64,000 nucleotides of DNA from a virus. The translations under genes were made by a program, and so were the position numbers. Where the stretch lies: the IMG/VR virus record IMGVR_UViG_3300028025_006304, positions 32,001 through 96,000 of that record; one strand, given 5' to 3'. The notes beneath the pieces are model-generated. The model searched no databases and was not told the origin of the DNA. It saw only the letters and a program-made list of their open reading frames with translations. Position 1 is the stretch's first letter. Each line of letters opens with the position of its first letter. Shown here in pieces: positions 1 through 9,182 of this stretch.

Positions 1-91
1 TCTATTAAAAAACTCTGTTAAGGGTTTTTTTATATTACATTTTTTACATTGTTTCATAATCGCCCGGGGTATTCATGTCCGTTATACATAT

Positions 92-120
92 AAGAGAGAG
101 CCGCAAAACGCGGCTCTCAA
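92..120 (-). terminator. Intrinsic terminator after major capsid gene
   Basis: 9-bp GC-rich hairpin GAGAGCCGC/GCGGCTCTC about 25 nt downstream of the MCP stop; weak U-tract. Confidence 0.7.
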
Positions 121-142
121 TGATTATTTTATGAAAAATCTA

Positions 143-1903
143 TTACAAGCTGTTAAGACCCGAAACAAAAATTTTCGCATAAAATTCTGGACGTAACATC
201 TTCTTAGCGTAACGAGTCAAGAGACCTTTTCTTGGAGTGAAGGTTTCTGGATCGTAGATAAGAGGAGTCATGATCAACGGAATGTAAGGAGCAAACACAG
301 CACCGGCTTCCAAGAACTGAGTACCACGGAATCCCATAAGGATTGTGTTTTCAGTCATGTAAGGATTTTTGTAAACTGTGTAGCGGCTATTCAATTGACC
401 AGCTTTCTGTACACCAAACGCGTATTCCATTTTGTCTGCAGAGCCATCAGAGTTTGAAGCGAATCCTGGGATTGATTCAATTACTGTAGCTACAGTTGGA
501 GAACATACTAAGAAGTTTGCACCACCACGAAGGGTTAACTGGTGAATCTTGTTAGAAAGTTTCTGCATCTTAGTACCAAGGGTTTGGAACCACTGGCCTT
601 GAGTGTTGTAGAAACCTGTTTGGCTAGTAGAAGTTGGGAAAGCAAATCCGTCTGCACTACCGTTGTAAACACCGTTGTTCAATACAGTCCAGTACTCAGT
701 ACCAGCAGCTGCGTCTTCGATCAACATGTCAAGAATTTCGAGGTCGATTTCAAGAGAAATGTACTCGCTCATGATGTTTGTTACTTCAGCTTCTGCGTCA
801 AGTGCCTGATAGGCATTAAGATCTTGGGCGAATTCTGGAGTCCAAACAGCCTTTAACTTCTTGGTCTTGGCAACAATTGCTTGTGACTGAAGTTGGATGT
901 TGATTTCTGGGATTACAATTTCAGTAGCGCTTTCAGCGTTAGGAACAGCGAATGCGTTTCCAGCTTCGAAATCACCTACGTTGTAAGGAGACATTTGAGT
1001 AGCCTTGTTGTAGAATACAGTTAATGAACCAGACAAGTTAGCAGCAGATACAGTTTGAGAAGCTGTTACGTAGAAACTGATAGTACCATTTGTGTAGTTG
1101 TAGGTAGTAAAGTTAGGCAACAATGAAGCATCGGTAAGAGCAAATCCACCTACAGAGTAAGTAGGAACGAATCCTCTAACTGCGTCGGGGTCAAATGCTG
1201 TTAATGAAGCTGTAGGAACTACAATCTCGTATACTTGACCAGCAACAATAGAAGCTGATAGATCAGAGTCATAGTTTAAGTCTGCCCATGAAGCATCAGC
1301 GAATGAAGCAGTACCGGCACCAACAGTTGGTAGAGCACCACCATCGGCTGAACCTGTCAAGAATACAGAAGCTGAGAATTGGTTAGTTGAATAGGTAAAT
1401 CTTCCAGCACCGTAAAGACCACCGTTATTATTCTCACCTAAGTTATTAGTGTTTGTAGAGAATGGGTAGTTACCATTGGCTGAACCAGTGTTACCATAGA
1501 GTGATTTTCCAGCAGTGAATGGATTCTTAGTAGTTCCGTATTGGAAATCTAAGAAGAATACAAGACCGGAAGGTAGGTTCATAGGCTGTACAGAAACGAA
1601 TTCTTTAGCAGCGATTTGACCGAATACCTTACGTACTAATGGAAGAGCAATACCAGCCCATTCGGCACCTGTGCCGACTGAGAAGTTACCGAAACCAGTA
1701 CCACCACCTACAGAAGATTGCTCTACTACTAGTTGCTTGGCTTGGTTTTCTAGGATTAAAGACATGTTGTTCTTGTCGGTCTCCGAGCGAAGTCCTTCAA
1801 GTAAACCTGTTCTATCCCATTTTGAGGCTAATTTAGCCGCGTCAGACTGCATATTCTTCCAACCGGAAGCTGCAGACTCGAGTAATTGTTGTACTTGTGA
1901 CAT
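143..1903 (-). CDS. gp23: Major capsid protein, T4 gp23-like, with Ser/Thr-rich insertion
   Basis: gp23 motifs (VSVQPMNLPSGLVF, KLKAVWTPEFAQDL, EISLEID-like, YIPL...DPETFTPRKGLLTRY); lies downstream of scaffold and protease. Confidence 0.95.
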   Translation of the reverse strand: MSQVQQLLESAASGWKNMQSDAAKLASKWDRTGLLEGLRSETDKNNMSLILENQAKQLVVEQSSVGGGTGFGNFSVGTGAEWAGIALPLVRKVFGQIAAKEFVSVQPMNLPSGLVFFLDFQYGTTKNPFTAGKSLYGNTGSANGNYPFSTNTNNLGENNNGGLYGAGRFTYSTNQFSASVFLTGSADGGALPTVGAGTASFADASWADLNYDSDLSASIVAGQVYEIVVPTASLTAFDPDAVRGFVPTYSVGGFALTDASLLPNFTTYNYTNGTISFYVTASQTVSAANLSGSLTVFYNKATQMSPYNVGDFEAGNAFAVPNAESATEIVIPEINIQLQSQAIVAKTKKLKAVWTPEFAQDLNAYQALDAEAEVTNIMSEYISLEIDLEILDMLIEDAAAGTEYWTVLNNGVYNGSADGFAFPTSTSQTGFYNTQGQWFQTLGTKMQKLSNKIHQLTLRGGANFLVCSPTVATVIESIPGFASNSDGSADKMEYAFGVQKAGQLNSRYTVYKNPYMTENTILMGFRGTQFLEAGAVFAPYIPLIMTPLIYDPETFTPRKGLLTRYAKKMLRPEFYAKIFVSGLNSL

Positions 1904-1927
1904 TTTATTACAGGGGTTTTATGTTAA

Positions 1928-3142
1928 TTAATTTCTTTTAATACCCGCTAAGATTTGCCATCTAGCGAATTGATCGTTTACCTCAAGGATTGGTTTCTTT
2001 TCTGGAGCCATACCTGCCGCTTTTGAGGCCATACCTCTCATTGATTCAGTAACAGCAGTTTTAGTTTCCTTAACTGTGGTTAATGTCTCATAGATAAGTT
2101 TAGCATCTCTTACGGAAGCAGCTTTATCAAAAGCTTCCAATACCTTTACTTTTTGTGTTTCGTTTAAATTCTTAGCTCTGAAGATTTTGTTAGTGTAAAG
2201 AAGTTTAGCGTTTAGAAGTTTTACTTCTGAAAGTGTTGAAGCGAGTTCTTGGATTGTGTTGTTCATTTCTTCTACTTCAGCGGCTTCTTCCATCTTTTTA
2301 CCAGCACTGACAGCACCGCCCAAAGCTGCTAGAAGTTCACCTACAGTTTTAACACCGAATAATTTCATTAACATCTCTTCAGACATGCCTTTGATTTTAC
2401 TCATAATGTTTTCATCAATTACTCCTTCTTCCATCTTTTTCTTAGATCTTTCATAGTCAGCAATACCTTCTTCTTCAGCGGTGTCTTTTTTAATTTTACC
2501 ACGCTTAGCAGAAGGAATATTATCTTTATTTCCACCGTAGTGCTTTCTTTCGGATACTATTTCCTCTTCATCTTCCATATCGATATCGATATCTTCTTCT
2601 TCGTCGTCTTCGAATTTTTCTCCGGCTTCGAGCTCACCAGCTCTAACCATGTCTTCAATTACGTCTTCGATTAAGTCTTTGAGCTCGTCTTCAGTCATGT
2701 CTTCAAGGTCGATTTCATCGTCCTCTTCACCTTCTTCTTCAGAATCCATTTCCATGTCATCCATGTCCATATCTTCTTCTTGTTCGTTTAGGGTTTCTTC
2801 CATTTTTTCTTCGTCGCTCATTTCCTCATCGAGTTCAGCTAAAAGTTCATCAAGATTCATCTCATCTACTTCAGGTTTTTCACGCATCTTTCCAGTACGT
2901 TTTTCTTCGGTATAGTTTGACATTTCTTCTACTTCTCCTTCGCTGTAGTTTTCTTCCATCTCTTTGTTGTCTTCTTCGTACATACCTTCTTCAGTTTCCA
3001 TTTCTGCTAATTTGGCAGAAAATCTTTCCTTTAGATATGGTGTAAAAGCTTCCTCAAGAGCGGCTTTAGCGTTTGCGATTGCTGCTTCTTTGACAGATTT
3101 AGCATCAGCAATAGCCTCTTTTAATAGGTTTCTATTTGCCAT
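1928..3142 (-). CDS. Prohead core/scaffold protein (gp22-like)
   Basis: Very acidic, coiled-coil, located between protease and MCP; ATG at 3142 (MANRNLLKE) preferred over the track GTG at 3154. Confidence 0.8.
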   Translation of the reverse strand: MANRNLLKEAIADAKSVKEAAIANAKAALEEAFTPYLKERFSAKLAEMETEEGMYEEDNKEMEENYSEGEVEEMSNYTEEKRTGKMREKPEVDEMNLDELLAELDEEMSDEEKMEETLNEQEEDMDMDDMEMDSEEEGEEDDEIDLEDMTEDELKDLIEDVIEDMVRAGELEAGEKFEDDEEEDIDIDMEDEEEIVSERKHYGGNKDNIPSAKRGKIKKDTAEEEGIADYERSKKKMEEGVIDENIMSKIKGMSEEMLMKLFGVKTVGELLAALGGAVSAGKKMEEAAEVEEMNNTIQELASTLSEVKLLNAKLLYTNKIFRAKNLNETQKVKVLEAFDKAASVRDAKLIYETLTTVKETKTAVTESMRGMASKAAGMAPEKKPILEVNDQFARWQILAGIKRN

Positions 3143-3158
3143 TGTTTTGTCCACAAAA

Positions 3159-3236
3159 TTTGATTTGGGGGGTACGGTTATTTATTCAACCGTAATCAAA
3201 ATTATACATTTACAAATGCTATATAAGGGATAGCAT
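3159..3236 (-). promoter_or_regulatory. Structured 5' leader of scaffold-MCP transcript
   Basis: Hairpins ATGCTAT/ATAGCAT (3216-3236) and TACGGTT/AACCGTA (3173-3194) inside outer TTTGAT/ATCAAA; ATATGTATA late-type motif just upstream (3245-3253). Confidence 0.5.
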
Positions 3237-3272
3237 ATTACGTCTATACATATGTATGGATTGTTCAAAGAT

Positions 3273-3306
3273 AAAAAAAATAAACCCCCACATTTCTGTG
3301 GGGGTT
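3273..3306 (-). terminator. Intrinsic terminator after prohead protease
   Basis: AACCCCCAC/GTGGGGGTT hairpin followed by TATTTTTTTT on the minus strand. Confidence 0.85.
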
Positions 3307-3349
3307 GGGCCAACGATTCTATCCTTTGGCGGGTTTCTAAGGTAGCAAC

Positions 3350-3958
3350 TTAGATGATTGGGCAGGTACCTTTTGCACAGAGAATTTCTGTTAAAATTCC
3401 ACTTGCTTTACTGTAATGGTTAATTGTGTTGTATTCTTTTCCTTCTTTTACTAGATGCATAAATGAACCTGGGTTGGATGGGGTTGATACAAAATCCCAA
3501 CATAGTAGTTCAAAATCGTCTTGTACTTCCATCATGCCTTCTCCCATTGGTTTAAGTGAGCCCATACCACGGGAAGAAACACCTACCATTACTCCACTGT
3601 CGATAAGTGCTTTAAGGATATTCCCGGAGACAGTCGGTAAAATTTCGATTTTACCTACAACGTGATCACCATCCCACCATATGTCGCGGATGATGTGGCA
3701 AACGTTTTTTAAATTGATTATTGACGAATCTGGGTGGTCTAATTCACCTGTGGCTCTGCTTTGTTTAACCACATCCATGTATTTGTCTATTTCACGCTGC
3801 CAAAGGTCTTTAGCGTAATATCTACCGTTACCATTTTTAACTTGAGCAGTAGCTAAGATACCTTCAACAAGGGGATTACCAGCTGGAGATTTGGTACCTT
3901 CAGTTAATTGAACAGGGTTAACCTGAAACGCTTGGGTTTCAATTAATACTTGTTTCAT
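3350..3958 (-). CDS. gp21: Prohead maturation protease, T4 gp21-like
   Basis: NGNGRYY, GELDHP, GVSSRGMGSL, WDFVSTPS motifs. Confidence 0.93.
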   Translation of the reverse strand: MKQVLIETQAFQVNPVQLTEGTKSPAGNPLVEGILATAQVKNGNGRYYAKDLWQREIDKYMDVVKQSRATGELDHPDSSIINLKNVCHIIRDIWWDGDHVVGKIEILPTVSGNILKALIDSGVMVGVSSRGMGSLKPMGEGMMEVQDDFELLCWDFVSTPSNPGSFMHLVKEGKEYNTINHYSKASGILTEILCAKGTCPII

Positions 3959-4632
3959 TATTTTTTCTTAGGTAGGTCACCATATCCGCTTGCTTTGTGT
4001 TTGCCTTTAGCGGGTTCTCCTTCACCTAAACCAGGTGATGTTTTTGTATAGCCAATTCCTTTAATACCAAATGCAGCATTTTCTACATAGTATGAAGAGT
4101 TTTTAGCTAAATTTTTTCTAACAATTTCTTTTAATTCATCTATTGTTTTATCAACATTTTTAGGATCTTTCATCTCTGCGTAGTATCCCTCTAAAAATTC
4201 TTGACCATACAAATTGTCAATATTTTTATCATTAGAATATTCAAATCCAGTCATTTCTTGACTGTCTATAACTTCTTTAGATAAACTTTTTTCAACAGCT
4301 TTAGTACTTTGAATACCCATTGATTTAGGAGCAGAAATTGGATTTTCTTGTTGTGATGCGTATGTTTTACCAACGCCACCAGCTACTGTATATTCCTCGT
4401 TTACGTAGGAATCAAATGCTTTAAATGGATCAAAAGTACGTTGAGTAACAATACCACCACCTACTTTAATTTCGCTTAGAACACCTCTTTGTTTTAGAAT
4501 AGTAGTAACCTCATTATATGAGGCATAGTTTGTTACGTATTCTGGGAATAGTCTACGAGCAGATTTTAAGAACATATCTTTATGTCCTTTTCCTTCCTGG
4601 ATTAGATTAAATTGTTCTTGTAGGGTTTTCAT
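3958..4632 (-). CDS. Hypothetical head-associated protein with CTS-like N-terminus
   Basis: 224-aa ORF coupled to the protease; begins MKTLQEQFNLIQE. Confidence 0.6.
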   Translation of the reverse strand: MKTLQEQFNLIQEGKGHKDMFLKSARRLFPEYVTNYASYNEVTTILKQRGVLSEIKVGGGIVTQRTFDPFKAFDSYVNEEYTVAGGVGKTYASQQENPISAPKSMGIQSTKAVEKSLSKEVIDSQEMTGFEYSNDKNIDNLYGQEFLEGYYAEMKDPKNVDKTIDELKEIVRKNLAKNSSYYVENAAFGIKGIGYTKTSPGLGEGEPAKGKHKASGYGDLPKKK

Positions 4633-4633
4633 A

Positions 4634-4897
4634 TTATTTTTGTGGGATTACAGTTGAAACTGGGTAAAATACTACAGCTCCTGCTGATAAAGATGCACTT
4701 GTTATATATAAAGGAATTGTTGTGCCTACTGGGATGTTTGTCCATAAGGCTACACTAGAGGTAGATACATTATTACCTGCATAGTCTCTAAGACCTGCAA
4801 AAGTTGCTGAACCTGATACTACAGTAAAACCAGCAAATGAACCAGTAACACTAGTAGTAGAAATAGTTCCGTTTGTATTAAAAGCAGTATTTGCCAT
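4634..4897 (-). CDS. Small Ser/Thr-rich virion protein (decoration-like)
   Basis: 87 aa, TGS/SGS/SAS motifs like the tail proteins. Confidence 0.5.
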   Translation of the reverse strand: MANTAFNTNGTISTTSVTGSFAGFTVVSGSATFAGLRDYAGNNVSTSSVALWTNIPVGTTIPLYITSASLSAGAVVFYPVSTVIPQK

Positions 4898-4900
4898 TTT

Positions 4901-5149
4901 TTATTGATTTAATAATTTTTCAATATCGTTTAAATAATCCATAATTAGATCTGTGGGTTTTACCACGGCAAATGATTCTGGTTTTTCTTTATAGAATGCT
5001 ATTGTTTCGTCTTTTGCTCTATCAATTGCTGGGTATAAACTGTTTAATCTAGATTCAATGGCTTTGAATGCATCAATGCGTTGATTTTGGAACTCTATTC
5101 TTTTAGGATCAGCCTCGTTGATTCTAGTCTTTAGTTTATACTTATACAT
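4901..5149 (-). CDS. Hypothetical protein
   Basis: 82-aa ORF; late motif 3 nt upstream; leader ends RINE. Confidence 0.6.
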   Translation of the reverse strand: MYKYKLKTRINEADPKRIEFQNQRIDAFKAIESRLNSLYPAIDRAKDETIAFYKEKPESFAVVKPTDLIMDYLNDIEKLLNQ

Positions 5150-5160
5150 ACCTATAAATA

Positions 5161-5736
5161 TTAAGGTTTTCCCCAGAGGTATTTAGTGTCTATTGCCTTA
5201 GATTGGGCAGCTAATTTTACGGGATTAACTAGTTTATACTTAAAGTTTTTAGTATAGTAGTTATTCGTTACTCCTTTAGGACCTGCTTTGGGTCCCTTAC
5301 CTAATGATGCACCTGGAGATGCTTCGGGTAATTCTTGTTTTCCCATCTTTTTAAAGGCAAATGGAGTAGCATATTGACTACCTGCTCCAGGAGAGAATGA
5401 TCCGGCTCCAGAACCACCACCAGTACCAGTCATTTCAAACATACCTTTAATTTTTTGGTATTCTGAAGGGTATTTGGTACGCATGTGGGTTCTAAGATTA
5501 TTTCTTAAAACTCTAAATTGGTTATATATTTCTCCAAATTTAGGGTCGTTTATTACCTGGGGATCAGTAACGATTGTCCTAAGGGTTTCTAAAGCGCGGT
5601 TAATGTCTAATAAAAGGATTTCAAAATCAGGAACGTATGTTACGTCTGATTCATTTTCTTCGCCTCCGGGTGTGGGTACAAGGATAAACTTTTTACCTCT
5701 GGCTATTTCCTGAATTTTATTAGATAGAGAGTCCAT
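5161..5736 (-). CDS. Hypothetical head-region protein
   Basis: 191-aa ORF in the operon; Gly/Lys-rich C-terminal modules. Confidence 0.6.
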   Translation of the reverse strand: MDSLSNKIQEIARGKKFILVPTPGGEENESDVTYVPDFEILLLDINRALETLRTIVTDPQVINDPKFGEIYNQFRVLRNNLRTHMRTKYPSEYQKIKGMFEMTGTGGGSGAGSFSPGAGSQYATPFAFKKMGKQELPEASPGASLGKGPKAGPKGVTNNYYTKNFKYKLVNPVKLAAQSKAIDTKYLWGKP

Positions 5737-6589
5737 GGGCTGATTTAAGTTCTTCTACAAGTTCACAGTATTGGAGTAAATCAACTATATTTTCGTTTTT
5801 AATAGGTTGATTTTTTTCTATCTCAACTATAAGAGGTAACACTTCATTTAACTTAATTTGAACAGCTTTATCTAATATAGTATTGCTAATAATAGCTAAC
5901 TCTTCTTTAAGTTGTTGGATTCTATTATTATAGAATGTTCTTAATTTAGGGGTAGAATCAACTGATGTAATAAATTCTTTTAATATTTCTTTTTGTGAAG
6001 GATATAAATCAGAATATTTACCATTAAATTTCTCTAATAGAATTTTATAAGTTAACATTCTTACATCCTTATCGTATGTTTGAAATTCTTCTAAAACCTC
6101 GTCTTTTACTTTTTCTGGGTTAACTGGTCCAAGTGTAAGGTGTTCTAAAATGCTATACTTATTAGCTACAATTTGATCAGGGTTGATCATCTCTATTGAG
6201 CTTTGTGCCTCAATTAGTGTATAAAAAGCAGCTTGTGTTTTATAGTTAGGAAGTTTTGTTTTAAAAAACTCATCTAAATTATAGTGCTTTTTAATCTCAT
6301 TGATAAGATTATATTTTTCTCTTTTAAGAGTTTTTTTATTAAGCTTTTTAGATGACTCTAATAGAGTTTGGATAAGTAAATTAGAACGAGATTCGTTTAT
6401 TTTTTTACTCTTAGTTAAGGTCTCGTATAATTTAAGTTCTTTACCTAATTCGCTTTTAACAAAAAATTTCTTAATAATATTTAATGCGGGTGATTGATTA
6501 CCATTGAGGGTGTCAGCTGTTACTTGGCGTACCAGTAATTCAAATAGAATACCAGTATTTTTATACTTTGAATGTTTTATTAAAGACAT
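5720..6589 (-). CDS. Hypothetical helical protein of head module
   Basis: 289-aa ORF overlapping the next gene; no recognised family. Confidence 0.65.
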   Translation of the reverse strand: MSLIKHSKYKNTGILFELLVRQVTADTLNGNQSPALNIIKKFFVKSELGKELKLYETLTKSKKINESRSNLLIQTLLESSKKLNKKTLKREKYNLINEIKKHYNLDEFFKTKLPNYKTQAAFYTLIEAQSSIEMINPDQIVANKYSILEHLTLGPVNPEKVKDEVLEEFQTYDKDVRMLTYKILLEKFNGKYSDLYPSQKEILKEFITSVDSTPKLRTFYNNRIQQLKEELAIISNTILDKAVQIKLNEVLPLIVEIEKNQPIKNENIVDLLQYCELVEELKSAHGLSI

Positions 6590-6595
6590 ATTAAT

Positions 6596-7246
6596 TTATT
6601 TATATTGCCATTTATATCCGTATGCTGTTTTCCTTTTACCACTACAACACTCACATATAGCTCCACTATGTTTACTTAAAGATAAACTTGCTGAAAGCAT
6701 TGAATCAAATTCGGTTATAAAATTATTATTAAGGTCTAATTGAATTATTTTTTTTCTTTTAGGTGAGGGTTTACCAATTTTTGAAAGACGTATTTTTTCA
6801 TTTCTTTCTTTGTTATTAATTAACCAAGGTAAAGTTCCTCTTTTTTTTCCTTTTCTACTCAAAGATTGGGAAATTTTCCACTTTAAACTTTTGGGTTGTT
6901 TTGCGGATGCACTTTTTTTAGATTTTGTTTCTAATGTGTCTTTAACTCCTTTTTTCCCTTCACCTCCATTAGTTAAGTTAACTAAACTCCCTTCATGTAA
7001 ATCTTTTCTACCATAAAGTAATATAAATTCAATTTCTTTTTGACATGCTTCATTCCAAGAAAGATCATTTAAAATTATATCAACTTTATAAGAAGTTTTA
7101 TTAGTAACATTATACCAATATTGATTTCGATTAACCACTTCATTAGCTCTTTTATATAAACCTATTTTAGAGGGTAAATCTTCTCCTATCCCTACATAAA
7201 ATGGAGAGTTAGTATCTAATCTAATATGTCTGTAAATATAAGCCAT
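6596..7246 (-). CDS. Free-standing GIY-YIG-type homing endonuclease with NUMOD repeats
   Basis: N-terminal YIYRH...FYVGIG and NLTNGGEG; basic NUMOD3-like centre; C-terminal NUMOD1-like (IIQLDL...CCSGKRKTAYGYKWQY); more AT-rich than its flanks. Confidence 0.85.
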   Translation of the reverse strand: MAYIYRHIRLDTNSPFYVGIGEDLPSKIGLYKRANEVVNRNQYWYNVTNKTSYKVDIILNDLSWNEACQKEIEFILLYGRKDLHEGSLVNLTNGGEGKKGVKDTLETKSKKSASAKQPKSLKWKISQSLSRKGKKRGTLPWLINNKERNEKIRLSKIGKPSPKRKKIIQLDLNNNFITEFDSMLSASLSLSKHSGAICECCSGKRKTAYGYKWQYK

Positions 7247-7269
7247 TTATTATAAATATATTAAGATAT

Positions 7270-9159
7270 TTAATCAGTCAAATTAGACTCATCTAATAAC
7301 GATTCTTTAGCTTTATCGCTTTGAAATACTAGTTTCTTGTGAAGACCCTCTAATAATGTTCTATTTTTAGATAATTCGATTTTAGTAGTCTCTAATGCTA
7401 GAGGTGAACCACCTTTAAATTGAGTTCTACCTGTACTTTCTTGGTCGTCGTTTTTCATATCTTTTCTACCTAAACGATCTCTACCCAATGCGTTATCCTG
7501 AGTGTTTATGTTAGATGCTTTTTCTTTAGGGCGACCTAATTCAGCTTTTTCATCATATCCATCAGGTAATGAATTATCAGCATACCTTTCTCTTCCATAT
7601 AAGGAAGCTAGATCGTGTGGTGTTCCGTATGAACGTCCTGTCTCAAGGGGATCATTACCTTCTTCAGCTATTTGAGTATTACGGAATGCGCGTTTTTGGT
7701 CTTGGATGATCAAATCTCGATATTCATCGTATTGGTCCTGGCTGAATTGGAATACGTTATCATAAATCCAATCGGATGGGATGATTTTAGTATCCAACAT
7801 ATCTTTAGCTAGGGCTACTTTTTCTTTTAGTAGTGCAACTTTTTCTTGCTCTGCAATAATTGAAGGAGTAGTTAACTTAAGTTCAAAGTTTGTTAATTGC
7901 TCACCGTCATACCCCTGTGAGTATAGGTGTACTAAAGCAATCTTGTATAGCTCAGATAATAAGATTCGTTGAATACGATCAATAGTGCGAGCAAAACGAA
8001 TATCTTCAGCAGCTAACGTAGCTTTACCAGTTAAGTCTTTTTCATAGCCCATGAACGCTTTAGGTACTTTAAGGGCAGCAAATAGTTTATCTCTTAGGTA
8101 AGCTACGTCTTCGATACCATTGTATTCTAGACCTTTTGTAGTGTCGATTTTAGTTGCAGTATCATTACCTCTTACTGGGATGTAGAAATCCTCAAGTAGG
8201 TTCTGCATGTTGTATTTTAAGTTATATTCACCTGTTTTCTCATCCATCAATGGAGTTTTCTTCATTGTGTTGATAGTTTTCTGCATAAATGCATCAACCT
8301 CTTGTGGTGGGATATTACCTACGTTAATGTAGAAAATACGTTTTTCTGGAGCGCGAGCAATTCTGTGGATAAGCATCGCATCTTCCATTAACACGTATTG
8401 CTTAAATAAGCGACGTCCTGGCTCAAGATATGAACGACCATAAGGAAGATAGTTTACATCTGTTAATAAGCGGAAGTGAGCTACCTCGTAGTTATCAAAT
8501 ACAATCTGATTTTCGGATGGTTTGGTATTTGGAGTAGCATAGTAACCTGAACCACCTGTATAGTAACCATCGGGAGAATAAAGGAACTGAACCTTTGCTG
8601 GGTTTTCCATATCAAAGTTTTCGCGTCTTTGAATATGGTATGCTGTGTATGGGATTACGTTATATACACCAAACTTTTCTGCGATCTCTAGCTTTAAGAA
8701 GAAATCACCATATTTACACATTTGACGAACCCAAGACCAGAGGTTGAATTCAATGTTAAGTACATCGTAGAATAGATTGTAAAGGATTTTTTGAATATCA
8801 TCGTCGCTACTTCTAATTTGAAGTACCTCTCCCATATCGTTTTTTAATGTACATTCATCCGAGATAATATCAAGGGCAGAAGCTACAATAGCGTCTGTAT
8901 CCATCACATCATAATCACTATAAAGATAAGTTCTTAGATACTGGTATTGTATATTAAATTGTGAACCTAAAAGAGATGTAGAGGCTGGGTTAGTGTAGAT
9001 TTTTCCAAATCTGTCTACCAGAGAATTTGTTTGAAATTCACCACTGGTTTGAATATGATCAGTATCAACTACTTTTAGCTGATTGCCTCCTTCATTCCTG
9101 ATGACAACATCAGTTGAAAAGAGTCTTCTTAATCTTGAAAATAAACTAGTATCAGCCAT
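7270..9159 (-). CDS. gp20: Portal protein, T4 gp20-like
   Basis: PYGRSYLE, EDAMLIHRIARAPEKRIFY, EDFYIPVRG, LFAALKVPKAF motifs. Confidence 0.93.
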   Translation of the reverse strand: MADTSLFSRLRRLFSTDVVIRNEGGNQLKVVDTDHIQTSGEFQTNSLVDRFGKIYTNPASTSLLGSQFNIQYQYLRTYLYSDYDVMDTDAIVASALDIISDECTLKNDMGEVLQIRSSDDDIQKILYNLFYDVLNIEFNLWSWVRQMCKYGDFFLKLEIAEKFGVYNVIPYTAYHIQRRENFDMENPAKVQFLYSPDGYYTGGSGYYATPNTKPSENQIVFDNYEVAHFRLLTDVNYLPYGRSYLEPGRRLFKQYVLMEDAMLIHRIARAPEKRIFYINVGNIPPQEVDAFMQKTINTMKKTPLMDEKTGEYNLKYNMQNLLEDFYIPVRGNDTATKIDTTKGLEYNGIEDVAYLRDKLFAALKVPKAFMGYEKDLTGKATLAAEDIRFARTIDRIQRILLSELYKIALVHLYSQGYDGEQLTNFELKLTTPSIIAEQEKVALLKEKVALAKDMLDTKIIPSDWIYDNVFQFSQDQYDEYRDLIIQDQKRAFRNTQIAEEGNDPLETGRSYGTPHDLASLYGRERYADNSLPDGYDEKAELGRPKEKASNINTQDNALGRDRLGRKDMKNDDQESTGRTQFKGGSPLALETTKIELSKNRTLLEGLHKKLVFQSDKAKESLLDESNLTD

Positions 9160-9182
9160 TTTTTACTTTATTATTATAAATA

